Part shown: one piece after another, positions 52,338-63,475 of the stretch
How positions within the stretch are numbered: position 1 is the first letter of the stretch
Layout of the letters: every line of letters begins with the position of its first letter
Assembly (NCBI RefSeq): GCF_964213995.1
Contig: NW_027590554.1
Location: forward strand, 62,001-126,000
DNA length: 64,000 nt
Direction: 5' to 3'
Source of the DNA: Mustelus asterias
Taxonomy: Eukaryota
Made by a program: the position numbers and the translations under genes
Notes under the pieces: generated by a model
The model's database searches: none
Told to the model about the DNA's origin: nothing
The model's input: the letters and a program-made list of their open reading frames with translations, nothing else

Positions 52338-52647
52338 CGCTGCTGCTGCTCCTGGATTCCAGGGACTTGTGTCTCCGAAAGTTGCAGAATATCGAACGAG
52401 ATAAAGCTGAGAGCAGTGGATGTCACATCCTACAGAATCAATGGGAGGAAGAGCTGAGATCACTGGATCGAGAATCAAGAGAATATTAGATAACACCATC
52501 TGCTTATTGGCTTATTGCTGACAGAGTTTTCAGGTGGTATCCAATCATCCCGTCGGCTCTACCCTAAATAGAAATGACTGTCTTCTTGAAGCCGGGTCAA
52601 ACCATTCGCGCAGGAGGAAACTGAATGGAGTTGTAAATACTCGCTAA

Positions 52648-52686
52648 GGTTTTTGTACGGGGTTTTAGCTTTAATCTAACGCTGTG
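52648..52686 (-). promoter_or_regulatory. 23-RSS of V-D
   Basis: CACAGCG, 23-bp spacer, consensus nonamer ACAAAAACC. Confidence 0.95.
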
Positions 52687-53234
52687 CCTCACTGCACAGT
52701 AATAGACCGCCCCGTCCTGCACTCTGAGGGTGCTTATATTGAGGTAACCGTTCTGTTTAGACGCGTCAGAAGCCGCCAGATATCGTCCTGAAACTTCATC
52801 TTCCTTCACTGTTAATGCTTTGGTAATAATCCATGTCGCTGGTTGTGTCGGTTTCTGCTGATACCATTGCATGCTGTACATATTCTTGTCTGTATATTCA
52901 CAACCCAACTGCACTGAATCCCCTTCTGATGCGGTTATTGGCAGCGATGACTGTGCTACTGGATCTGCGCACAGTCCGCCTGTGAAGGTAGAGGAATGAA
53001 ATATCAAGAGTTAATGTTTGTATCTGCGATTGTTTCTGCAGCACCCGCCCCTCCCCCCCCCCACCCCCCACCCCCACCTCCCCCACCCCCACCCCCACCT
53101 CCCCCACCCCCATTCACCCCTCACATCGATAATTGTGATGGTTAATTATATTACCATCTAATGTGTTTATCTGGCTTGATGTACGTTACCCAGTGCTTAC
53201 CGTGCAAGAGCGCCGCCAGGAAGATCAGAAACAT
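52687..53234 (-). CDS. TRAV: Intact TCR alpha-type V gene segment (V-D): leader 53234-53201, V exon 52979-52687
   Basis: MFLIFLAALLH-G-GLCADPVAQ...VQLGCEY...MQWYQQKP...LNISTLRVQDGAVYYCAVR; GT-AG intron in phase; conserved Cys/Trp/Cys; alpha versus delta is inferred from the CAVR end. Confidence 0.92.
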
Positions 53235-53270
53235 GTCTGAGTGAATCTATCTCACTGAATGGGAACGGAG

Positions 53271-53516
53271 TGAGTCAGAGGTTGAGAAGGAGAGAGGGAA
53301 CCCGGGCTCTGTTCAGCTCATTGCAGTGAGTGTGTTTGTGAGAGTGTCAGTGTGCGTGGGTCAGTGTGAGTTTATGTGTCTGTGTTTGTGGGTGTTGGGG
53401 GGGGGGGGGGGGCTGTGTCTATTGTGACCTCACAAGCCTACCATCCATGCAGGTGTCAGTGATAATATCACGTGAGTTTCTGGCACCCAGGCTAGAATGT
53501 GGCGCTCTCTGGTGGC
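53271..53516 (-). promoter_or_regulatory. V-D promoter region with AP-1, CRE-like, E-box and CTCF-like motifs
   Basis: TGAGTCA 53271-53277; TGACCTCA 53425-53432; CACGTG 53469-53474; GCCACCAGAGAGCGCCA (minus strand) 53500-53516. Confidence 0.5.
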
Positions 53517-53859
53517 GGGTTCTGCGCGCTGGAATTAGGCTGTTGACTGGGTTCCTCACTACAATACAGAACAAGACACACATGCTGCCGAAAAATCTAA
53601 ATTACGGCTCTTTAGACACGGTCTTTGTGACTGTTGATATTTATTTGGGAAAATGATGCTAAATCTGTGAAAATCATGGCTGGAGTTCGCTGTTCAAATC
53701 CTGGGACGACAAAATCGGGAGAACACCCATAGTTTGGACAAATTGGTTACAAATCAGAATAGTGTCAGGGATTAACAGACTAATTTGGTTTCTTTGGCTT
53801 CTAACAAGGGAGGTACGAAAAGTAACTTTATTGACCTGTTCAGAATGTTGCCCTTTTCA

Positions 53860-54116
53860 GAGGGTAAAATGTGGTATTATAACTCCATTTTAAAGTCACC
53901 TGTTCTTCTGTTTTAACTGCTGCGGACCGCGGCTGAGTGACAGAGTCTCCATGAGCCACATCTGGAAAAGTTTGCCTTTTCCAGAAGAGGTAGATTCATG
54001 AAAAATGATTCTACACCCGAGGTGCAGTCTCAGATTTGAAAAGGGGAATAAATAAAAACGCGGAAGAATTAATCGACGGAAATTGTCGAACACAAACATG
54101 AGTCTTGAAGATTCAT
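53860..54116 (-). pseudogene. TCR V pseudogene (V-G), 5' part only, V-B family
   Basis: TTTTCCAG/AT-VAHGDSVTQPRSAAVKTEEQVTLKWSY (first Cys replaced by Trp); 43-nt leader-like exon 54116-54074 with a dead donor. Confidence 0.75.
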
Positions 54117-54606
54117 AGGTGGGAGAAAGCTGCATTTTGTAGTTCCATATCTCTGCCACCAGAGGACAGGACGATACCATGTTGCGTTCAGGCTCGGGGC
54201 TATTTGCAGTCTCCAGTCGTGGCCAGTAACATTATTGAGAAAATGTAATTAAAAGAGCAAATGTCGGAACAGAAATATTTTAGCATTGATAGCAAACTTA
54301 TATTGTTTCACGAGATATATTATGAGTTTTCAAAGTTGATATTACTGTTGATATACTGCAAATATTCTCGTTCGTTCAGCTTGGCACTCGGCATTCTTTG
54401 TGTAGCCTGACGGGTAATATGTGTACTTTATACACAAAAGCGCCCAGTCGAGTTAGCAATATTGGGCGGATATTTTGCTGGAGCTTTAAGTCCACAAATG
54501 CTGATGTGGTGGATTATTTCAACAATGTCGGCTTTCATCAGAGATGGCTAAACTGCATTGGCGAAAGAGAAATGAGCTATATTTTGCTTACGCTTGCTTT
54601 TGGGTA

Positions 54607-54697
54607 GGTTGGTTGGTCGAAGAGCATGATTATTGCTTCGGGTATTTTAGTCGATGAGACATGCGGGAGGTTCCGGGTTCAAATCCTAGACGAGCCC
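54607..54697 (+). tRNA. tRNA-Pro(CGG)-like gene with a 19-nt intron-like insertion (54643-54661); probably decaying
   Basis: Aligns end to end to vertebrate tRNA-Pro; intact B-box GGTTCAAATCC; TTTT 14 bp downstream; mismatches in acceptor and anticodon stems. Confidence 0.8.
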
Positions 54698-55254
54698 TTT
54701 AATTGCCTCCTTTTGACCAAGTCAGGTATTGTGATTTGTTTCGGGTGCAAACGGCGGGATTGCTTTCCGCTGGCCAACTCCGAAAAAGGATCATAGAGGC
54801 ACAAAGTTTTACAGAACGGAAAGGGGCCCTTCGGCCCATCGTGTCCGGGTTGGCCATCTGACATCTGGACTGGAAACGTTAACTCTGTTTCTCGCTCCGC
54901 AGATACTGCCAGAACTACTGAAATAACCCAGCATTTTCTGTTTTTATTTCAGATTTACAGAATCTGCAGTATACTGCATTATATACAAGCACATATATAA
55001 AGCCTAACAGAAGGCAGCATACTATATAACTATCTATCTAGATAGATCACTATGGGAGGAAACCGGAGCACCCGGAGGAAACTACAGGGAGAAAGTGCAA
55101 ACTCCACACATACTGTGACCCGAGGTCAAGAATTGAACCTGGGACCCTGGCGCTGTGAGGCAGCAGTGCTAACCCAAAATGCATCTTCCCAGGAACAGCC
55201 AGGGTCTATAGGAAATGCATTTGCCAGCGTTGGACACCTAACCGTTTGATATCT

Positions 55255-55328
55255 ACACTCCAGATGGGACTCGAGTACACAACCCGTGGTTTATAAAGCC
55301 AGTATCTTACCCATTACGGCAATGGGGT
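55255..55328 (-). pseudogene. tRNA-Arg(CCT)-derived pseudogene
   Basis: Reverse complement ACCCCATTGCCGTAATGGGTAAGATACTGGC...TCGAGTCCCATCTGGAGTG; anticodon mutated. Confidence 0.7.
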
Positions 55329-55734
55329 TGCATTCGTGCTATTGCTGCAGCTTGTAAAAGCTGCAAATCTTCATCATCACAGATAGTGACTAAACCAGGA
55401 ATCGAAACAACGTACTTGGCATGCTGAGGCAGCAGATCTAACCATTGTGGCGTCCTCTCCCACAAAATTCTATGAAATTCTATAAATTGCAGATTTTGTT
55501 TATTTCTTTGCGGTGCAGATGAAGGGATTGGTTCTCATGGGGTTTAGTTTGAGAACCTGAGCACAAACTGCGGGGAATCTATCAGCACAACACATTCGAT
55601 AGACAATCAAGATACGTTCAACAGGGTTGGCTATGCAACTGGACATTCATTTTATCCCCATTCACCTCTTCAGCTGACCCCATGACTGCGGGTTCGGGGA
55701 ACTGGCTGGATGTTTCTTTTTGTTCATGTGGGTG

Positions 55735-56190
55735 TCGCTTGGTTAGATCAGCATGGACTGCCCATCAGTAATTACCCTTGAGAATGTGGTGGTGACCTGT
55801 CTTCTTGAAACGTTGCAGTGTATTTGTGTAGGTACACCCACAGTGCTGTTAGGGAGAGAATTCCAGGAATTTATCCCAATGACTGTGAAGGAACGGTGAT
55901 ATATTTCCAAATCAGAATGCTGAGTGACTTGAGGTGCGGGGGGGAGGGGGGGGGGGGTATGCAGTGGATCGGGGGAGTGGGGGCAAACCTGCCAGTGGTA
56001 GTGGTCTTGGGTTTTGAAGGTGCTGTCTAATGTGCGTTTGGTGAATTCCTGCATCCTCCAGACAAGTGGAAAGTATTCTATCACACTCCTGATTTGTGCC
56101 TTGTAGATCGTGGTCTGTTTTTTGGGAGTCAGGAGGTGAGTTATTCGCCGCAGGTTTCCCAGCCTCTGACCTGCTCTTGTAGCCACCTCG
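55735..56190 (-). mobile_element. Old CR1/L2-group LINE 3' fragment
   Basis: AGQRLGNLRRITHLLTP...IYKAQIRSVIEY and SWNSLPNS. Confidence 0.75.
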
Positions 56191-56586
56191 AACTGATAAA
56201 ATGTCTCCTGAGTCACAATAAGCGCATCTTCTTTCCTGTTCATTTTGTTGTGAATTTTCAGCACTTCTCTTTTTCCCTGAATGTATTTTTAGGCATAACT
56301 AAGAGCCAATGTCTTTGATTGTAAGATATTCTACTCGGGTAATGTTCGGCAGTGGATTCACAGAGGGAGTAGTTAGGGGTTGAGTCGTGTTACTGTCGCT
56401 GGAAATTAAACGCAGAGAAGCAGGCTGAATTCCAACACAGCAGATTGACTGAATTCAAGGGCCATTAGGGATGGCAGTAAATAAAATATTAATTAAGCAA
56501 CCTTTCCTCACTTAAACGTATTGGTTTCTGCCCGGCTTTGAACCGTCTGGCCAATATGTAGCAAATGTTGCAAATTCCACGTATGT

Positions 56587-56659
56587 GGGCCAGTGGCGCA
56601 ATGGATAACGCGTCTGACTACGGATCAGAAGATTCCAGGTTCGACTCCTGGCTGGCTCG
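56587..56659 (+). tRNA. TRR-ACG: tRNA-Arg(ACG), intact
   Basis: GGGCCAGTGGCGCAATGGATAACGCGTCTGACTACGGATCAGAAGATTCCAGGTTCGACTCCTGGCTGGCTCG is the canonical vertebrate sequence; TTTT terminator at 56667-56670. Confidence 0.98.
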
Positions 56660-57991
56660 CTGTAAATTTTAAAAATAGTTCGTAAACTCCATTTCAGTTT
56701 CGATGAAAAAATGTATTTTCAGTAACTTTGAACCAATTCAGACAAATGTTTACTCAATCCAGTCACCTTCTATGAAGAAATTTATCTTAGGTCATTAATT
56801 TTCAAAAGAAAGTTGGCCATTTTAAGTAAGATTCCACTGATAAACTTTCATTGAGTATGTTTAAATTATTTTCTTTAAATTACGAATTTTCGTGAAATTA
56901 TTTGGAAAAAGTATTTTAAGCTATCTTTTAAAAAGTTGGGAATTTCTAGATAAATAACGTGGAAATCTTACATTTTTGAAAATGGTGAAAATAGTTTCTA
57001 ATAAGTTGATGAAAATTTGTAAAACTCTGCGAAGGAATTTAATTTAAATATCTTTCGTAGAAAGAAGTTCACAAAATACTCAAGTTCCATCGAAATGTTT
57101 TTTCAAAAGTTGAGAAATTCTAGTTAAATTCCATTGAGGAATTTCTTTGAAGTAAGTTTAGTTTAGAAAAGTTAAAATTAGCGAGGTTTATGACCCTGCG
57201 ATTATTCTCCATTTGAGTGAAGAAGATTGAGGAGTGATTTAATCGAGGTGGACTAAATTAGGATAAGTTTTGAGGGGGAAGAGGCAAATTTAAAGATTTT
57301 TGGCAAGGCGGGCGCAGAGAAGATTTGGAAGGAACATTTTTCCGCAGCGAGCGCTAAGAGCCAGAAACTCATTGCCTACGAGTGTTAGATGCAGTTAATT
57401 TAGATAAATATAAATTCTGAGGCCGGAGATGGATTCCCTGAGAAAAGAGATGTTTCCAGGAACATTCTGAGGCAAGTATAAAGTTTATTTATTAGTCACA
57501 AGTAGGCTTACATTCACACTGAAATTAAGTTACTGTGAAAATCCCCGAGTCGCCAAACTCCAACGCCTGTTCAGAATCTCCTCGATGATATTGAATCTGG
57601 AAGATCAATCTATGGAACCATACCCCTTCCCCCTCCACCGCCCCCACCCGCTGCTGTGATGTTTGATAAGAACCCCGCTGATGTTAAATGCGAGGCATCC
57701 CAAAATCAAAAAAAGGTATTTTGGGACATTGGTTCTTAGTTGTGTATGTTTTCAATTTGATATAATATGAAAAGAGATATGCAAAATATTGAAACTATCG
57801 AATTGGAACTTCCGACATTGTTACAACAACATTAACTGTTTCCCCTCACGGCCATCACCTCCCACGCTGTGTAAGGGGCCAATATTGCAGTGAATTCTCG
57901 TCTCTCTAAAAAACAATTTGACTGATTCGCTGAAGCTGCTCTGACGTAATGAATTGGAGATCAAAGGGTCTGTGAGCTGATTGGATGAATT

Positions 57992-58106
57992 GGCCATGAT
58001 GTGGAGTTGCCTGCGTTGGACTGGGGTAGGCACAATGAGTAGTCTCACAACACCAGGTTAAAATTGGTAGCACGAGCTTTCGGAGCGCTGCGCCTTCATC
58101 AGGTGA
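57992..58106 (-). mobile_element. Penelope-like terminus containing a minimal hammerhead ribozyme motif (58071-58105)
   Basis: CAC-CUGAUGA-A-GGCGCAGCGCUCC-GAAA-GC-UC-GUG on the minus strand. Confidence 0.7.
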
Positions 58107-59018
58107 CGGATGAATTGGAGAACAGGAGGCCGTGGAGCTGATTAGACGTCACCAGTTGATTCTTTCAGGAATGAACCAATCGCTGGAGAGACCGGATATA
58201 TGTGAATATCTTCACAGAAACAATTACAGGTTCACCCATTCTGTTTAATTCCGCAATAAACTTGCTGCTAACATGTAGGGTCTCGTTTTGTATTAAGTTC
58301 TCACTGTTTCAGCTCTCTTACTTGGTCAGTCAACAATTTACACAATCTTCCTCTTGCAAGCAACTTCGACATTAATTTAATTTCGCTTTGTTGCAAATTA
58401 CAATGTGATCCGTTCCCTAATGCTATTATTTACAATCAAATGATAATGACATCTTAACGCTTGATGTTTCTAAATTTCTGCAGGTGTCATTGCTGCAGAC
58501 TCGATCTCACAGGAGCCGGTGATAGCGATGTTTTCTGTGTTAAACTGTGACATATGTGTTAAATAATGCATTGATATTAAATATTGAAACAAATACTGAG
58601 TACAATTGTACAATGAGCTTTGATAAAGTGCCATCTGGATCTGAAACGTCAGCTCCTTTCTCTCCTCACAGATGCTGCCAGACCACGTGAGATTTTCCAG
58701 CATTTTCTCTTTTGTTTTCTGATTCCAGCATCCTCAGTAATTTGCTTTTATTAATGAGCACAATCGGTTGAGAATTTTCAATGGACGATGAGAATGGATG
58801 CATTAATGAATGAGCAGAAATCATTGGTCCCGTAGATATTTGCCAAACGAACGCTTTTAAATTTTGAAGTTCAAGATAATGCGAGCAATCAGATTGAAAG
58901 TAACGGTTTTCTTCCTGAAACAAGTGACATGGGCTCTCAGTCAAGCCATTGAAACCTGCAGAAACACAGCGCAGTTAACATTGCAGATAGATAGATTTGC
59001 TGGAGTTTGCTGCCAGCT

Positions 59019-59075
59019 GTTTCTATAGTGGTTATCACGTTCGCCTCACACGCCAAAGGTCCCCGGGGGGAAACG
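59019..59075 (+). pseudogene. tRNA-Val(CAC) pseudogene with two deletions
   Basis: TAGTGGTTATCACGTTCGCCTCACACGCCAAAGGTCCCCGG; T-loop deleted. Confidence 0.85.
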
Positions 59076-60220
59076 TTCATTAAGTTTTCTCATGTCGGGT
59101 GAAGAAATCTGCATGATTTCAGTTCGTTGCTCAACATTATCCGAACTTTGATGTGACAGCCAAATTATTTTTGCTCTAACCTGAGCCTCAAATGCTTTCT
59201 GTAAAATAAGAAATGCTGATATTTCTTGACGCACTGACAGGAAAGAAACCTTTCGACTTTGACAACGTGTACATATTCGCATGTCGTTCAGTCTACAACC
59301 GAATTTAATGGGTCTATCAGTGCAGAATGACATAATCACCATCTGGAACATGACAAATAGTAGTGTGTGCTCAAAAAGACAGACACAAGTGATACTGTAA
59401 GTAAACCAGAGGAAATGGCGCACATTTCCCAGAAGAGTTTTTATATCGTTCTTCATAGCAAAAAATTGGAAAAGCCACTGAGACAGATGAGGAAATCGAG
59501 ACTCAGTGCGGATCTACTGGACTTTCCCATAGATGGCCGGAATTCATGCGTCTGAATGTTTCGCGCCCATGACAAAAAAAGGCTCAAGTGTAACTAAGAG
59601 ATAATTCTTCAATCCCTTCCATTTAAATGTAATTGACTTTGTTTAAAAGCTGACTATGGTCATTCTCAAAATTGCGATCTGTATTACCCGGTGACTCGAT
59701 TCATTTAGTGGTCAGTTATGTTTGCAATTGAGTGATATTCAATTTCAGAGATATTCAATTCATCATGAAGACGTGTGTTAAATAATGCGTTGATACTAAA
59801 TATTGAAACAAATACTGAGTACAATTGTACAATGAGCGTTGATGAAGTGTCATCTGGACACGAAACGTCAGCTCCTTTCTCTTCTTACAGATGCTTGTGA
59901 GGTTTTCCAGCATTTCCTCTTTTGGTTTCAGATTCCAGCATCCTCAGTAATTTGCTTTTATTACTGAGTACAATTGGTTGAGATTATTCGAAGAAAGATG
60001 AAAATTAATGAATGAGCCGAAATCTTTGCTCCCTTAGAAAAATGATGGACGAACGCTTTTAAACTTTGACGTTAAAGTTAAGTTGAGCAATCAGGTTGAA
60101 AGTAACGGTTGTCTGCCGATTTAAGTGACATTGGCACTCAGTCGAACCATTGGAATCTGCAGCAACACAGCGCAGTTGAACATTGCAGACAGGCCCATTT
60201 GTTTTAAGCTGTTGCCAGCT

Positions 60221-60282
60221 GTTTCTGTATTGTAGTGGTTATCACGTTCGCCTCACATGCGAAAGGGCCGCGGTTCGAAACA
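60221..60282 (+). pseudogene. tRNA-Val(CAC) pseudogene with a 3' deletion
   Basis: GTTTCTGTATTGTAGTGGTTATCACGTTCGCCTCACATGCGAAAGG...GGTTCGAAACA. Confidence 0.85.
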
Positions 60283-60839
60283 TTCCTTAAACTTTTTCAT
60301 GTCGAGTGGGCAAAATCCGTATGATTGCAGTTCGTTGCTCAAAATTATCCGAATCTCGATGTTAGAACCATATTATCTTTGCTCTGACCTCGGCAAATAT
60401 TAACCGTAAAATAATTAATGCTGATAGTTTTTTGACAGACTCATTGTACAACAGAATTTAATGGGATTATAGGTGCAGACTAACATCGTGAATCACCATC
60501 TGAAACTTTTCTAATAGAAGACTGACACAAGTGATATTGTAAGTGATCTATGGGAAATGGCGCATATTTGCCAGAAGATTCTTTTTTAAAAATCGTTCTT
60601 CACAACAAAGAAATAGGGGGGGGGAAACACTCAGGCATATGAGGGAATCGAGACTCATTGCGGATCTACTGAACTTTCCTATAAAAGTGCATCACCCACC
60701 CTCCACCTCAACAGTGGAACTAAATGAGCCAAAACCTGAAATGAGAACTTGAATGTATATCTGTGCGACCGATGAGCGGAAATGGCAACTTAGATGACAG
60801 AATGACAGGTTTTCTGACAGATGTCACTTTCCATCAGCC

Positions 60840-61030
60840 CTCCAATCTATATCACTAAAATCGATGACCTGATTATCACTTTGTTCTTTGAGGATTTTGA
60901 AGCGCGCCGATTAACTGCCACGTCTCCTATATTAAGACAGTGATGAAAATTCGAAGACTTCTTTGGGCGTAAAGCTCTTTGTGAAGTCCTGATGTCATGG
61001 ACGGCGGTATATAAATGGAAGTCTTTCTTT
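60840..61030 (+). mobile_element. Ancient SINE 3' remnant (SacSINE/AmnSINE-like tail)
   Basis: Ends ...TATATAAATGGAAGTCTTTCTTT; recognised from memory only. Confidence 0.5.
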
Positions 61031-61774
61031 ATTGCCTTTGAGAGACAGCGTGCGAATCAGAATCAGAAGATGGGATGCAAACGTTTACACTGAGTGCATT
61101 TTAACCGTTACACCAAACTCAATATCAGGAGTTTCTTTCTCAGTATCTTTTTGACTCTGTATATCTTCGTGTCACTCTATAGGTCTTCACCTCGACAACC
61201 CTGTATCTGAACTTATTGTGTCCCTCACCATGTCTCTGCACCGGGAAGGAAGATAGTGGAAGAAATATGCAGACAAATTATGCAACAATAGTAATGGAGA
61301 TATATATTGTCTCGTATTAATTCTATGCAAGAAGTCGTTAAAGGAGGTAACCGAATAGCTTCTACGATTGGTTTTAGATGCTTATATAATCCGAAATGTT
61401 GGAAAAAACACCAACAAGGGAAGGTTTGCTATTGTATCTTGTAGTCGGGAAGAAAGCAGATCAGATCCGAGAAATAACTGGAGGGGAACGTTCAGCAATA
61501 CAGATCATACTTCCTCATTAAGAGGTTCGAGATGAGTTAGTGTTTGACGGAAATCAGCTAACCGCTTGATTCAGTGACAGGTATCCTGAATGGTACGCAG
61601 TGAACCAGAATGTTTGAGTGATTCAGGTAGATGACTGAAAATTCAACAAAGAAACTCTCACGTATGTTTGAGCTAGATTGCTGGAAGTAAGCTTACCAGC
61701 GCTGCTCCAATTACGTTTGCATAAGGAATATGGAGTTTAGGGAATGCAGTTGATGAAAAGATCAATAATTGTCT

Positions 61775-62096
61775 TCGAATCCATACAGTGCAAAAGGAGG
61801 CCATCAGAACCTTCGAGTCTGCAGCGACTCTCCGACAGAGTATATTTTCCTGGTCTTCTCCCCTGCTCCATCACCGTAACACCACAGATTTTTCGTGGCT
61901 ATTTATTCTAACCCACAAACTTTTGACAAGTTAGCATGCTAAATGCATCTAACCTGCACATCATTGAACTGTCGGAGGAAAAGGGGCACCCCACACAGAC
62001 ACTGGGAACATCTGCAAACTCCACGTTGCCTGGAACTGAAACCGGATACCTGGGACTATGAGGCAGCAGTGCTAACCACCTTGACACCACTGTACC
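61775..62096 (-). mobile_element. HE1-type SINE, diverged
   Basis: tRNA-like head and core similar to the other copies. Confidence 0.75.
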
Positions 62097-63003
62097 ACTT
62101 AATGACAGCCAAGCACGCACGATGGGGTGAATGACCCATCGCACGATCTGCAAATGTTCTGAATTTACAGAATTTCTTTGGTGGTTTACACACTTCGCTG
62201 CGCGGATGTGAGCAGTGAGGATAAGGTGGTGCTGCTCCACTGGATGACTGTCAATGAAACGCCAAATGCAGCCATGATCTGCTCCGCTACTTTTGCCTTC
62301 ACCATCTTTGACGGGGTACAGACAGCAGCGGAATCAATCGCTTCAGCAATTGCTGATGGCGAGAAGTGGGGCTGATCAGCAAGGCAGGATCACTGCTTAA
62401 ATGTGGTGAACATTATCCATTTCCAACCAATCCAAGTGCAGAGAACACACGTGATCTTAAATGTATGTCGTTAACTTTAGCTACATATTTCTTATTTACA
62501 CCGCCATTCTCATGGTCTCTAGTAATGACGGTTTCATTAAATGAGACAAATAGAAAGGGCACATTGATTGTCAGGTAGCGATGTGAAAACTCCGCAATGA
62601 CGGTCGCGCCACCTGCTGGTTATTTCGGGTAACTTTGCTTGTCGAGTTTGTCAAACTCAGGCGTCACCCTTTGAATTATTCGAATTAATTTCCAGTCATT
62701 TTAAGGAGGTTTACAAAAAGGAGCGGTTGGTATAAATGAGAGACAGAGGCAATAAGACAGAGTTATGAGGAAAGTCACATGAGACACAAAACTAATCAGA
62801 AAACGTGATTTTTACAGCTCATTTATTGGCGGGGAATATCCATCAGTTCTGGCAGAGTAGCCAATCCTGTCCCTGGGAAACGCCCCTCAGTTTCTCTAAA
62901 ATTAAACCAGATTATAATCGGGGCTACCCTTCACACTAGTTTGGAATCATCGGCAGAATTAGATCATTCTGTTACTTTCTATCGAGGTCAATATACGGAA
63001 ACC

Positions 63004-63475
63004 ATCTGTTCCCCAAGCTCCTTACTGATAATAATGATCTTGCTGCCTGGCGAGTCCATTATTAAATGGTAACCATGTCATCCAGTGGTCATTTTTAAAC
63101 CCTGACTTTTGAGCCATTCTGTATTTGTGTGACAGGAATGAGTGGCGAAAATTCAGTGTTCCAGGCTCATTCCCAATTAGCAATTCGGGAAGGGCAGTGT
63201 GGTCTGGACTGCCGTTACTTGACAACCTACACTACCCCAACTCTACTCTGGTAGATGCAGTATTCCGCGGAAGCTCCGAGATATTGCTGAAGAGATATAT
63301 ATAGCTTAGAGGGTGAAGACAGGTTCCCAAACTTACCAGAGAGGTTCTCTGCAGATTTACCGAAGAGAAACAAAACAGTTCCTTTAAATATCGGCCGGGC
63401 TCTTCTGTCGGATACTGCCGTGTACTTCTGTGCAATGGAGCACACACAGCTGCAGAGATGGAGCGGGAAAAATCC
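63004..63475 (+). pseudogene. TCR V pseudogene (V-F), paralogue of V-A
   Basis: Leader with ATG changed to ATC and a GCGAGT donor; exon from 63136 MSGENSVFQA...LDCRY...LLW*MQ...DTAVYFCAMEH; RSS CACAGCT with spacer shortened to about 16 bp. Confidence 0.88.

Larger units (their letters stand above)
58540..60680 (+). repeat. Diverged tandem duplication (about 58540-59530 and 59770-60680), each unit with a Penelope-like insert and a tRNA-Val pseudogene
   Basis: Collinear similarity, e.g. AAATATTGAAACAAATACTGAGTACAATTGTACAATGAGC in both units. Confidence 0.9.

Noticed and set aside
62120-62370. Possible eighth V relic (HPVEQHHLILTA and ISN-AEAIDSAA on the minus strand)
   Set aside because: Motifs are out of order; no WY.Q, YYC or RSS
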